A stretch of DNA of 63,588 nt, filler included. It is 7 parts of 7 records of this genome, joined end to end, with 100 filler letters (N's around TTAATTAATTAA, not from the genome) between each part and the next. Parts side by side here need not be neighbours in the genome. Positions count along the whole stretch, not along the records: positions 42,568 to 56,185 come from SRR31147125_6243; positions 56,286 to 63,588 come from SRR31147125_6252; 5 more parts are not named here. The stretch is one strand, 5' to 3'. Positions 53,296 to 63,588 of the stretch are shown here, piece after piece. Each line of letters starts with the position of its first letter. The stretch's first letter is position 1. Below the pieces are notes generated by a model. The model did not search any database, was not told the origin of the DNA, and was given only the letters and a program-made list of their open reading frames with translations. The translations under genes and the position numbers were made by a program.

Positions 53296-53889
53296 TTATT
53301 TTTTATATGATTTAACTACTCTACCCACCGTATCTGCCATATCAATAAGAATATCGTTTTCACCTTCGTACAGACACCAGTTAAATACAACTCCTCTGGC
53401 TACCACAAAAAATTGCTCAGTAATGTCATCTGCCGATTTTTCATTTGATATTTCACCATATTTTTGAGCCTCCAGAACTAAATCAACAAGCAAAGTTTGC
53501 ATTAACCTATCATTCGCTTTAAACATTGAATTTGTTGGCACATATAGAGCTTTCATCTTCTCTAATCCCTCATCAACGCATAACTGAGCATATAAATTAA
53601 TATAAGCCATAATCTTATCAATATAAGAAGAGTCGGAGTTAATAATTTGCGGGGCATTTTCCTCAAAATATTTATCTGCTTGGTCGAAAATCTCAACTAA
53701 CAGTTCAAATTTTGATTCAAAATGATGATAAAATGTTCCAATTGAGATACCAGATTTTTTAGCTATCTGACTGACACTAACACTTTCATAACCTTTTTGC
53801 TTTATCAGCTCAATGCTAGTGTTATATATCTTTTTTCGTGTTTTTATTGCTTGTTTCGCTCTATTAGTAAGCTTCGTCGCTTTTTCCAT
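53296..53889 (-). CDS. TetR/AcrR family regulator
   Basis: GYESVSVSQIAKKSGISIGTFYHHFESK. Confidence 0.92.
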   Translation of the reverse strand: MEKATKLTNRAKQAIKTRKKIYNTSIELIKQKGYESVSVSQIAKKSGISIGTFYHHFESKFELLVEIFDQADKYFEENAPQIINSDSSYIDKIMAYINLYAQLCVDEGLEKMKALYVPTNSMFKANDRLMQTLLVDLVLEAQKYGEISNEKSADDITEQFFVVARGVVFNWCLYEGENDILIDMADTVGRVVKSYKK

Positions 53890-53944
53890 AATAAAAAACC
53901 TCCGCCAATATTATAGCAGAGGTGTTTTTATTTGTTCAAGTTTT

Positions 53945-55938
53945 TTATAAATTACTCGCAAATTCGTAAGCATCCCATATAGCGTACATTATATTTGATA
54001 CTCTACTTGCATCTCCTAAAATATGAACGTTATGCAGATCATATTTTAATTTTTCATATAGTGTATTTTCTGATTCATAACCAACAGCTAATACAACAGA
54101 ATCAGTTTTAATCACTTGCTCTCCATCTTCTGTTTGAAGTACTAAGTTTTGCCCATCAAAGTCTTTTGCTGTAGACGCAGTGTATGTGGCAATATTATTA
54201 TGTGGAATAAGTGCTTCAAGCATCTCACTATTTGCATGGCAAAGAGGCCCGTTTATTTGTAGAATTTCTTCCATTCTCTCTATGATATTAACATTTTTAC
54301 CTTTTTGCTTTAACCAAAGTGCAAGTTCACAACCAACTAAACCTCCACCAATTACTGATACATCTTCTCCTACTTCCTTCTCTCCTAATAATACCTCTGC
54401 AGCTGTATAAACAGGTCCTGAGCCAATACTAAACACTTTTGGCTTTGAACCAGTTGCTAAGATTATCTCATCTGCGTCAGAGTTCTTCAGATCAGCTTCT
54501 GTAACAATAGTGTTCTTTTTAACCTCTACTCCCAGTCTATCTAACTCATACTCATACCAATCAGCTAATAGATGGTCATCCTCTTTGAAATCTGGTGTTC
54601 CCCCAGGTATTAGATTTCCACCTAGTTTATCAGTCTTTTCAAATAAAATAGGCTCATGTCCTCTTAGTTTTAGAACTCTAGCAGCCTCTGCTCCAGCTAC
54701 TCCTCCACCAACAATCATAACCTTTTTCTTTTCATATGCAGGGATTAATCTTTCACTTCTCTCTCTACACGCTTCTGGATTTACAGCACAGTTAAGAGCT
54801 GAATACTCTTGGATACGCCCCATACAACCCTCATGACATGATAAACAAGGTCTAACTGATTTATATCCATCTTTTTTAATTTGTTAACTAAATGTGCATC
54901 AGCAAGTAGTGGTCTTCCAAGAGAGATAATATCACACGCTCCCTCTTCTAGCGCACTAATGGCTAAGTCAGGGTTATCCATACGACCTGCACAGATTACA
55001 GGAACACTTACTACTTCCTTCATCATTTCACAGTAAGGGATGTATAATCCTTTCTTTTGATACATAGGCGGATGGTTCCACCACCAAGAGTCGTATGTCC
55101 CAACATCGACATCAAAAGCATCATAGCCATATTTTTCTAGAAGTTTTGCTGCTTCTAACCCTTCTTCGGTATCTTTCCCCATCTCTTCGAACTCTTCACC
55201 TGGAAGAGCTCCAACTCTCCAATCTTTTATGAAACTTTTTACACTATATCTTAGAGTTACAGGAAAATCATCCCCGCATCTTCTTTTTATCTCTTCTACT
55301 ACTTCTCTGGCAAATCTTAATCTATTCTCAAGACAACCACCATACTCATCAGTTCTCTGATTAAACATTGATATAGCAAATTGGTCTAACAGGTAACCTT
55401 CATGTACAGCATGAATTTGAACACCATCAAACCCACCTCTTTTTGCATTATATGCACCTTGACCAAACTGTCTAACTATCTCTTTGATTTCAGCAACAGT
55501 TAGTTCTCTACAAGTTTTATCTAACCATCTATGCTTTATTGGCGAAGGGGCAACTGGTGGATGTTCTCCTAAATTTGTAGGAATTGTTACACGGCCAAAA
55601 CCACCTGAAAGTTGTAAAAATATCTTTGAACCATAAGCATGAACTTTTTCAGTTAATTCTCTAGATGTTCTGATAAAATGAACACCATTATGAGTTGAAC
55701 AAGGTACATTTGGCATATCATGAGCCTCTATTTCATTATCTACAAATGTAACTCCTGTAAATATAAGACCTGTTCCGCCTCTTGCACGCTCTACGTAATA
55801 ATCAATACCACGCTGATTAAATCCACCTTCAACATCTCCCAGACCTAATGGTCCCATTGGTGCCATTGCAAATCTGTTTTTCAGTTTAACATTACCAATG
55901 TTATTATTCTCAAACAAAGGTTGGTACTTTTTTTCCAT
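53945..55938 (-). CDS. Multidomain old-yellow-enzyme, 2-enoate reductase-like; frameshifted at the T6 run 54872-54877
   Basis: Motifs APMG, HAVHEGYLLDQF and NQRTDEYGG. The shifted frame restores RPCLSCHEGC..CAVNP (Fe-S cluster), GGGVAG and GGGLVGCE. Confidence 0.88.
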
Positions 55939-56082
55939 TCTGCTACCTCCTATATTTAATTTAAAAGTTCTTTAGTTATTGAATGAATCACTGGCGATTT
56001 TTCAGTTATTCATGATGATAAATTCTAGAACTTTGAATTCAATTAGACTTAATTTAAAAGTTTTTTAGTTAACAACAAGTTT

Positions 56083-56137
56083 TTAACCGAATGTGTTCGG
56101 TCAAATTAAGGATACCACTTCTTTTTTGCCTTGTCAA
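56083..56137 (-). promoter_or_regulatory. Sigma70 promoter plus a TetR-type palindrome
   Basis: TTGACA-17 nt-TATCCT (56137-56109), followed by TTGACCGAA-CACA-TTCGGTTAA (56104-56083). Confidence 0.65.
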
Positions 56138-56185
56138 TAGTTTCACATGAAAAAATATAACTTTTTGTAAACATATAGTTTTTTT

Positions 56186-56285
56186 NNNNNNNNNNNNNNN
56201 NNNNNNNNNNNNNNNNNNNNNNNNNNNNNTTAATTAATTAANNNNNNNNNNNNNNNNNNNNNNNNNNNNNNNNNNNNNNNNNNNN
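56186..56285. other. Artificial contig linker
   Basis: N-run/TTAATTAATTAA/N-run. Confidence 0.98.
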
Positions 56286-56368
56286 AGATCGCCCAAGTGT
56301 CGAAGTTGGGTTAAACATATCCATATGGAAAAAGAGTTATAGCTAATTTCCTGCAAGTCTCTTTCGCA

Positions 56369-57283
56369 TTAGAATAAATCAATTAAACTGGCATTGAAAT
56401 ACTTGCCCGGACTTTTCTTTATTTCATTCAATAAAAGTTGAACATCCTCGAGAGTCTTGGTTGCGTTGGTATATAATTCATCATCAGAAAGAGCTTTACC
56501 CACCGAGCCTTCGGAATTTTGCACTTTTGCCAATAGATTTTGCGTTACAGACAGAGTGCTATCCAGTTTTGACACAACCGTTGGTAGTTTCTCTGTACTG
56601 GCAGAAATATTGGCAAGTGTTTTGTCTAAAGATTCATTATTATTTTGCCAAAACTGCGACATCTCAGATGTTAAATTATCGATATTTGTCAGACTATTCT
56701 CCAGCAGAACCATATTGTCGTCAAAATTCTTTTCTAATGATGTCGTCATCTTGTTTAGACTGGATAAGGACATAAAGGCGTCACTTTGAGCTTTTTTAAG
56801 AGACCTCCTGTCCATCGTATCATTTAATTTGGACAGTATTTCTTTCGCTTCGGCAATCATATCAGATAGTGGACCACCAACATCTGCCAAATCCTCTGTA
56901 AAGCTACCCTGAATTAAATCTCCATTAGACAAATATGCATCCGTACTGCCAGGTAATAAATCAATGTATTTTTCTCCAATCATTCCAATACTTTTAATGA
57001 TAGCACGAGAATCTTTAGAAAAAGGAACTTTGCCATCCAGCCAAATGCGAACAGCTACATGTTCTTTTTTTAGTTCCATTTCCCGAACTCTCCCAACCTT
57101 CAGGCCGGAAACCTTAACGGCATCCCCTTCTGTCAATCCCGAAACATTGTTAAACAAAATTGTCACATCATAGCCTTTTTGTCTAACAGGAATCTCTCGA
57201 ATAAAAATATAACCAAAAGTGGATATTATGATCGCGGCGATAATAGTAATACCAACGATAATTTCATATTTGTGCTGTTTCAT
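56369..57283 (-). CDS. mlaD: MlaD/MCE family protein
   Basis: N-terminal TM; GLTEGDAVKVSGLKVGRV and GMIGEKYIDL.PG; helical tail. Confidence 0.85.
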   Translation of the reverse strand: MKQHKYEIIVGITIIAAIIISTFGYIFIREIPVRQKGYDVTILFNNVSGLTEGDAVKVSGLKVGRVREMELKKEHVAVRIWLDGKVPFSKDSRAIIKSIGMIGEKYIDLLPGSTDAYLSNGDLIQGSFTEDLADVGGPLSDMIAEAKEILSKLNDTMDRRSLKKAQSDAFMSLSSLNKMTTSLEKNFDDNMVLLENSLTNIDNLTSEMSQFWQNNNESLDKTLANISASTEKLPTVVSKLDSTLSVTQNLLAKVQNSEGSVGKALSDDELYTNATKTLEDVQLLLNEIKKSPGKYFNASLIDLF

Positions 57284-58049
57284 AAGATTCTTCCTGTGTA
57301 TTTATTTTTCTAAACCATTTACACCCGCTCGTTGTTTTTAAAAAATCAACGATAATAGGATCTCTGGATTCACACATCTCAGCAGGTGTTCCATAAAAAC
57401 GAATTACACCATCATAGAGCATAGCCGTTTTGGTGGCAACTTTATACATACTGTACATATCATGAGTTACCATAATGGACGTTATACCTAATTTGTCATT
57501 GAGTTTGGCAATTAAATTATTGATGGAATCAGCACGAGGTGGATCCAAACCTGTGGTTGGTTCATCATAAAGTAATATTTGTGGTTTCATCACAAGAGCT
57601 CTGGCAATTGCCGCCCTTTTTCTCATGCCACCACTTAATTCGGCAGGATATTTATCTTCAGATCCTTCCAGTCCTACAAGTTCTAACGCTCTGCAAACCT
57701 CTTTGCTTATTTGACTGTTTTTCATCCTTTTATGTCGTTTAAGACCAAGGGATAAATTCTCACCTACAGAAAGTGAATCAAATAGTGCCGAATTTTGAAA
57801 AACCATAGCAATTTTTTGACGAACCCGTACAAGATCTTTGTAAGAAAGTTTTTCAATTTCTTCTCCATCCACACTGACCTTGCCCGAGTCTGGTTTCAAC
57901 AAACCAATAATATGTTTTAATAATACGGATTTGCCTGTGCCGCTGCCGCCTATAATCGCGGTAACGATTCCTGATTCTATCTCAAGGTTTACACCTGATA
58001 AAACATCCAGGTTCTCAAAACTTTTTGTTACATTTTCAAATTTAATCAT
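57264..58049 (-). CDS. mlaF: MlaF-like ABC ATPase
   Basis: Motifs GGSGTGKS, FQNSALFDS, LSGGMRKR, YDEPTTGLDP and VTHD. Confidence 0.88.
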   Translation of the reverse strand: MIKFENVTKSFENLDVLSGVNLEIESGIVTAIIGGSGTGKSVLLKHIIGLLKPDSGKVSVDGEEIEKLSYKDLVRVRQKIAMVFQNSALFDSLSVGENLSLGLKRHKRMKNSQISKEVCRALELVGLEGSEDKYPAELSGGMRKRAAIARALVMKPQILLYDEPTTGLDPPRADSINNLIAKLNDKLGITSIMVTHDMYSMYKVATKTAMLYDGVIRFYGTPAEMCESRDPIIVDFLKTTSGCKWFRKINTQEESYETAQI

Positions 58050-58197
58050 AATTTATATAAAAATTAAAATGAATAACCTGCATAATAGCCGACTAGCTCG
58101 AATATCTACAATTAGATAATTTTTCACCTGTTTTGATGCAAACAAGTGATATTTAATTTTAATTTCTCTACAAGACCGCTTTGCGACTTTTTTGTGC

Positions 58198-59088
58198 TCA
58201 CGTGACGAGGACAAGTGACATTAAAAAATCCAATGTCAAAATCAACAAACAGGACACAACAGCTGCATTTGTTGCAGCAGTCCCTACACCTTCTGCTCCC
58301 TTTTTTGCATTTAATCCCTGATAACAGGCAACTAATATGATCGTTCCACCAAATGCAATCGATTTGAATAAGGGTGAGGTAAAATCATGCAGTTCTGCGT
58401 AGAGTCGGAGTCCCTTTAAAAACTCATAAGTTGTGATGTCCGCTAATGTAATTGCTGTAAACCATCCGGAAAATAAACCAATAGCAGCGGCAAAAGCGGT
58501 CAGGATAGGTACCATAGTGATACCGGCAATAAATCTGGGAACGACCAGATAGGAAATAGGATTAAAAGCCATAGATTCCAGTGCATCGATTTGTTCCGTC
58601 ACCTTCATGGTACCAATTTCTGCTGCTATCGAAGCCCCGACACGTCCTGCCAATACCAGGGCTGTGATCACACCAGCGAGTTCCTGTAAAATGGCCTTTT
58701 CCACTACCGTTCCTGAAATATAGAGAGGAACTGTGCTGGTAAATTGTTTTACAGATTGTAAAGCTATAACCATACCGGTAAAAAGGGCAATGTAGGATAC
58801 AAGAGGAAGCGAACGAATACCAACCTTCATCATTTGATCAACGACATGACCCTTATAGGTCCTGAAATCTGAAAAAGCAATAAAAGTCCGCCATATCAAT
58901 AATCCAAAACTACCAACATGGTAAAAAAATTGTAAACAAATCGTACCTACTGACTTTGAAAAATGTAAAATCAGTTCTGTTAATTTTAGCTGATTTTTAT
59001 TATCGACATCTAAATTCTGCACGTATTCTTCTCGCATAAGTTTATTAGTTTCTAAACAATATAAGATGAACGTATAATCCGATATCAC
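58198..59088 (-). CDS. mlaE: MlaE family permease (start uncertain)
   Basis: Motifs GIRSLP, AGRVGASIAAEIGTMKVTEQIDAL and GAEGVG. Confidence 0.9.
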   Translation of the reverse strand: MISDYTFILYCLETNKLMREEYVQNLDVDNKNQLKLTELILHFSKSVGTICLQFFYHVGSFGLLIWRTFIAFSDFRTYKGHVVDQMMKVGIRSLPLVSYIALFTGMVIALQSVKQFTSTVPLYISGTVVEKAILQELAGVITALVLAGRVGASIAAEIGTMKVTEQIDALESMAFNPISYLVVPRFIAGITMVPILTAFAAAIGLFSGWFTAITLADITTYEFLKGLRLYAELHDFTSPLFKSIAFGGTIILVACYQGLNAKKGAEGVGTAATNAAVVSCLLILTLDFLMSLVLVT

Positions 59089-59422
59089 ACAATAAATACG
59101 ATAATTTTCGTTTTAAGTTGCAATATAGTCAATCGAATTTAGGATTATTTTTGTAAAATACAACTCTTTTCCGGCTAACACCGTTATATCTCCAACATTT
59201 AAGATACTTAAAGGTACCAAATACCAAATAATACCAGCATTTTCATTCAGAGCGTGATAAATATCTTTGACCAATGAGTTAAATATAGTATCTTTCATAT
59301 TCTGTAACTTTTCGAGATGGCCTAGATCTCAAAATATTTGTTTTTCCTAAAGTTCAGTGCAAAAACACTTTATCATCAAAATGATCATTATAACACATCT
59401 TCCTAATTCGAGAGGAGTATTT

Positions 59423-61063
59423 ATGTTTAAAAATCATCCCAAAGGCCTGGTTGTACTGTTTTTCACGGAAATGTGGGAACGATTTGGATTTTATCTCATG
59501 CTGGGCATCTTTTTTCTTTTTATGATTGATACGAGAACAGGTGGTTTGGGTTTGAGCCGCGCTGCCGCAGCTGATATATATGGGACATATTTGGCCCTGG
59601 TTTACCTGTCCCCTTTTATTGGCGGGTTACTTGCAGACCGAATTCTCGGATATCGTCGTGCCATTGTTATCGGTGGTCTCCTTATGGGATGCGGCTATAT
59701 CGGCCTGGCAATCCCTGGATTGACAGCATTCTGGATATCTCTTTTCCTAATCATCATAGGAAATGGCTTTTTCAAACCAAATATATCCACCCTTGTTGGC
59801 AATCTCTACTCTCAAGACGAATATAAAGACCTGAAAGATTCCGGTTTTAATATCTTTTACATGGGAATCAATATCGGTGCTTTTGTCTGTAATTTTGTTG
59901 CTGCCTACCTTAGAAACCACTACGGATGGGGATATGCTTTTGCCGCAGCAGGTGTTGGTATGTTTCTCGGAGTGATCTGGTTCCTGTCAGGTCAAAAACA
60001 TGTCAAAGATGCTGATATACTAAAACCCACACAGCCAGAGGATATGCCATTGACAAAAATCACTTCAAATGTATTCCTCCCGGCTCTTGTTATTGGAGCT
60101 GTTGGCTGGTTCCTTCCTGGCAACCTGTTTGGATCCGACTCCACAGATGCCTTTCTGTTTGCAAGTTTACCCGTTACCCTGTTTTATTTCTCACTCTGGT
60201 TCAAAGCCTCAAAAGAAGACAAGGCACCTATTGCGGCATTGCTCTCTATTTTTGGTGTAGTCGTTATATTCTGGGCCATTTTTCACCAGAACGGTTCAGC
60301 ACTCACGATTTGGGCTGAAAGTTATACGGACAGAAGCATGTACAGCTCTATGGAGCCCGTTGCAGAAACATTCGGAATGGTACAGGAATTGGATACAACA
60401 CCACGTGAAGTTCCTAAATTGGATGGACATGGAAATACACTCACAGATTCCAATGGTCGGGTGATCACAAACATGGGAGTACACCCCTATTTCCGCAATT
60501 TACCTGAACAAGAATGGCCAAAGCAAGGTAGCAGTTTAAAATTGATTTCAACAGAGATCTTTCAATCAGTAAATCCCTTCTTCGTCGTGTTTCTGACACC
60601 AGTCGTTGTTGCCTTTTTTGGATTTCTGCGCAAAAGAGGTAAGGAGCCATCAACTCCTGGAAAAATTGGTTGGGGATTATTCATTACTGCCGTCTCTACA
60701 ATTGTGATGATTGCGGCTGTTTTTTCATCACAAAACGGTCTTGTCAAAAGTTCCCCACTCTGGTTAATATCCAGTTATGGAATCATAACCATTGGCGAAT
60801 TGTTTCTCAGTCCAATGGGCTTGTCGCTCGTATCCAAATTAAGTCCCCCGCGTATTACCGCGCTTATGATGGGTGGCTGGTTTTTAGCGACGTCCATAGG
60901 TAATAAATTATCCGGTGTTCTTGCCAGCTTGTGGGACACATATGATCATAAAGCCATATTCTTTACCATTAATTTTTCCGGAGCTTTGCTGGCGGCACTG
61001 GCTATCTTTTTGATGCTCCCCTGGTTAAAAAGAGTTGTACGGGAACATACTGGTGGGCATTAA
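59423..61063 (+). CDS. POT/PTR family proton-dependent peptide transporter
   Basis: Motifs HPKGL, EMWERFGFY, GGLLAD, GFFKPN, FYMGINIG and GELFLSP. GAGGAG precedes the ATG at 59423. Confidence 0.93.
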   Translation: MFKNHPKGLVVLFFTEMWERFGFYLMLGIFFLFMIDTRTGGLGLSRAAAADIYGTYLALVYLSPFIGGLLADRILGYRRAIVIGGLLMGCGYIGLAIPGLTAFWISLFLIIIGNGFFKPNISTLVGNLYSQDEYKDLKDSGFNIFYMGINIGAFVCNFVAAYLRNHYGWGYAFAAAGVGMFLGVIWFLSGQKHVKDADILKPTQPEDMPLTKITSNVFLPALVIGAVGWFLPGNLFGSDSTDAFLFASLPVTLFYFSLWFKASKEDKAPIAALLSIFGVVVIFWAIFHQNGSALTIWAESYTDRSMYSSMEPVAETFGMVQELDTTPREVPKLDGHGNTLTDSNGRVITNMGVHPYFRNLPEQEWPKQGSSLKLISTEIFQSVNPFFVVFLTPVVVAFFGFLRKRGKEPSTPGKIGWGLFITAVSTIVMIAAVFSSQNGLVKSSPLWLISSYGIITIGELFLSPMGLSLVSKLSPPRITALMMGGWFLATSIGNKLSGVLASLWDTYDHKAIFFTINFSGALLAALAIFLMLPWLKRVVREHTGGH

Positions 61064-62043
61064 AGATGTAATTCAATGATATCTTTATCCTGCAGAATAT
61101 AATCCCTGTTTATACGCTGCCCCTGAAATTTGCCATGCCCCCACAGGCGGGCAAATTTCAGGTGATCAGCAAAATCCTTATGCACTATTTGAGCAAAATC
61201 CATCAATGTACTCTCTTTTTTAAGTACAAAGGGTTCACTCAACACAGCCTCTTTCCCCGGAGGTTTGGAATATATTCGTAATATATCCAGTGCTTTAAAT
61301 ATTTCCGTTCTTAACAGCTCCAGATTGTTACCTGTACAAGCAGAAACAGCGCTCAATCCCAACTCGTTAAAATATTCCTCTTTAATAATTTCCCAATTAT
61401 CTTCAGCCTCAGGCATATCCCTTTTACAGCCAACCAACCACCCTCTTTTCGTAATCGTACTTTCCCAAAATTCTTGTTTAGGGGTATAATTAACAAGGTG
61501 GATTTTATTGTTTTCCAGTAATGTTAAAGTATCTTCAATTTTTAAAAGTGCTTCAGGATCCACAAGATCAAATACAATCAGCACAAGATCACAATTTCTA
61601 ATAATAGAGGGAACCCAGCATTCCATATGCTGACTACAGACAGGGGGCAAATCAACAAGTTGAATTTGAATATCTTCAAATGGCATCATCACCGGATGAG
61701 GCATCCGGGTTGTATATGGATAAGAAGCAACATCCAATTTTGTTTTTGTCAGGCTGGCCGCTAATTGAGATTTTCCACTATTAGGCGGACCCGCAAGTGT
61801 CACCTGGGCTCCTCCTTCCCGTTCTACTTTGACGCTGTACCCTTTTTTCCTGGATGTCTTTTGGATTTCTTCACGCGCCGATGCCATACGCTTTTTCAGA
61901 TCCCCGCGCATTTTTTCTGTCCCTTTATGCTTGGGGATAACAGCCATCATTTTTTTAAGAGCTTCGAATCGCTCATGTGGCGAGACTGCCTTACGATACT
62001 CAAGCTCGGCTCGATAATAGTCGGGATTTAAATTTGCAGGCAT
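61060..62043 (-). CDS. OBG/DRG-like GTPase with a C-terminal TGS domain
   Basis: PANL N-terminus, PKHKGTE, GPPNSGKS, YPYTT, DLPP, CKRD; TGS with VHKDF..FARLWG and LQDKDIIE. Confidence 0.85.
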   Translation of the reverse strand: MPANLNPDYYRAELEYRKAVSPHERFEALKKMMAVIPKHKGTEKMRGDLKKRMASAREEIQKTSRKKGYSVKVEREGGAQVTLAGPPNSGKSQLAASLTKTKLDVASYPYTTRMPHPVMMPFEDIQIQLVDLPPVCSQHMECWVPSIIRNCDLVLIVFDLVDPEALLKIEDTLTLLENNKIHLVNYTPKQEFWESTITKRGWLVGCKRDMPEAEDNWEIIKEEYFNELGLSAVSACTGNNLELLRTEIFKALDILRIYSKPPGKEAVLSEPFVLKKESTLMDFAQIVHKDFADHLKFARLWGHGKFQGQRINRDYILQDKDIIELHL

Positions 62044-62682
62044 ATTTTTTCTTCCCCATTTTCACAAACCAATAAAAAGGTATATTTATCTACAAATCAC
62101 ATAATTTACCGGGAAAATGAATAATCTGACAATTTTATCCTTCCATCCATCATGTTATTCGATGTCAAAGAACATTTTTTTACAAATACGCTTATCGGGT
62201 ATGTCAGTAAATCCACTCACTAGCTGATTTTTGAGAAAGGCGGGGAATTTCAGATGTTTACCTATATAAAATGCCTTTCAATTTTATTTTGTTCCCAATA
62301 AATTACTTCTTTATGATTATTCAAAGGTGTTGACGCGCTTTTGTCTTTTGTTGAATAAAAAATCAGTATACTGTGCCATGCACAGCATTCATCACCCATA
62401 CCTGACCAGCTGAGCTGCCCCTAAAATTGCCAGGGTCATTGTAGGAGATTTTTATTCCATTATCCCTGTAAGTCAAATCATTACAGCAAATATATTTTAC
62501 ATCAGTACAAATTCAATCATTCCTGAGAACGATATATACAACAGGCCGGTTGCCAATTATAAATCTAATCATGAATATTTGCGTTTCAATACTTTGGGAC
62601 GATCTTTTAAACTTGCAATTGTATTCGCTATTAATTATATTATTATCATTGAATTTCTATACAATTATAACATGATGAGAGA

Positions 62683-63542
62683 GTGATGAATCCTGTATTT
62701 CTATCTTCCGTACTAGCCCTTGGTGTATTAGGGCTCATTTTTGGAGCCGGATTGGCTTATGCAGCGAAAAAATTCGCTGTTGAAACAGATCCAAAAGTTG
62801 AACATATTATTGATCTTTTACCTGGCGCCAATTGTGGTGCATGCGGTCAACCGGGCTGCAGTGCATTTGCCGAAGCTGTTGTGGCTGGTCGTGTCCCTCC
62901 AACAGGTTGTATTCCCGGTGGAAAAGATGTCTCTGAAAAAATATCCGTCATCCTGGGAGTTACCGGTGTTGACGTCGAGGAACCCAAAGTAGCCGTTGTA
63001 CAATGTCAGGGTGGTAAGGAAGAAGCAAAAGAAAAATTTATTTATGAAGGCATTCAGGATTGTAATGCTGCCGAGCTCGTAAGCGGTGGCCCTAAAGCTT
63101 GTAAATATGGTTGTTTGGGATTTGGTTCCTGTGTCAAGGCATGTCCTTTTGATGCTATGTACATGAACGACAATGGATTACCCGTTGTCAATGAAGATAA
63201 ATGCACGGGGTGTGGTGTTTGTGTTTTAACCTGCCCGCGAGACATTATGAAACTTTTACCCAAGAGTCAAAAGTTTATCTTGGGTGCGTATCAAAAGACA
63301 AAACAAAAGCAGTTAAATCCGTTTGTAAAGTGGGTTGCTTTGCATGTAAAATGTGTGCCAATCCTAAAGTGACACCATCAGGTGCCATACAGATGGATGG
63401 AAATCTACCTGTAATCCAGGATATTCAGTCAGATGAATTATTCAAAGCATATGATAAATGTCCTGCTAATTGCTATGTGATTCGTGGTGAGAGGCCGGAA
63501 ATTGAAGAGATAACCAGTGAACAGGATGCGAAAAGCGCATAA
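62683..63542 (+). CDS. rnfB: RnfB-family electron transport ferredoxin, frameshifted near 63270
   Basis: TM anchor; LPGANCGACGQPGC, CKYGCLGFGSCVKACP and CTGCGVCVLTCP. The second frame adds CKVGCFACKMC..KCP. Confidence 0.88.
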
Positions 63543-63588
63543 TAACTTCTAGAAAGGTAATTGTCATGGAAGAAAATTTGGAAAAAAA

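Noticed and set aside
11014-56285. Recurring TTAATTAATTAA flanked by N-runs, resembling a repeat element
   Set aside because: These are identical 100-nt artificial spacers with six-frame stops. Genes on opposite sides are not neighbours, so no cross-linker system (for example rlmN with CBASS) is claimed.
59113-59298. 61-aa minus-strand ORF between mlaE and the POT transporter
   Set aside because: It has no RBS or recognisable motif and lies in a divergent promoter region.
1-63588. CRISPR arrays, tRNA/rRNA genes, integrases or intact IS elements
   Set aside because: No repeat-spacer periodicity, cloverleaf or transposase/integrase ORF was recognised by eye. The WYL genes have no adjacent cas genes.

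Overview
The window is not one locus. It is seven unrelated contigs joined by 100-nt N/TTAATTAATTAA/N linkers (11014-11113, 17664-17763, 27370-27469, 34426-34525, 42468-42567, 56186-56285). Many genes are split by single-base homopolymer indels. Contig 1 (1-11013, very AT-rich) holds a left-truncated biosynthetic operon: GT4, class III aminotransferase, RRE-like/SPASM radical SAM, B12 radical SAM, carbamoyltransferase, GT2, a second radical SAM and a LOG-family hydrolase. It is followed by a disrupted EEP gene remnant, a candidate sRNA and a truncated Rpn gene that keeps an internal small ORF. Contigs 2 and 3 are Bacteroidota-like housekeeping regions (M20 amidohydrolase, large TolB/BamA-like protein, lutB, rpiB, ruvB, DUF4175-like). 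Contigs 4 and 7 look like FCB/KSB1-type housekeeping regions (rmuC, MinD/FlhG-like, MoxR/DUF58, rlmN, mlaEFD, POT transporter, TGS GTPase, rnfB). Contig 5 carries a low-GC antiphage island: CapW-like WYL regulator, CD-NTase, E2-like/SEC-C module, HNH-SAVED effector and an AAA ATPase. The island abuts a high-GC region exactly at a stop codon. In this sequence the CD-NTase reads in frame into the E2/SEC-C module across an A_AAA_AAG site, whose -1 frame gives a stand-alone cyclase tail. Contig 6 is from an AT-rich anaerobe (class F-type flavodiiron fusion, GGDEF-EAL, double histidine kinase, WYL, SDR, TetR, enoate reductase). The best candidates for new biology are the CD-NTase/E2-SEC-C CBASS variant and the radical-SAM-rich cluster. 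Taxonomic and family calls come from motif recognition only; no searches were run.
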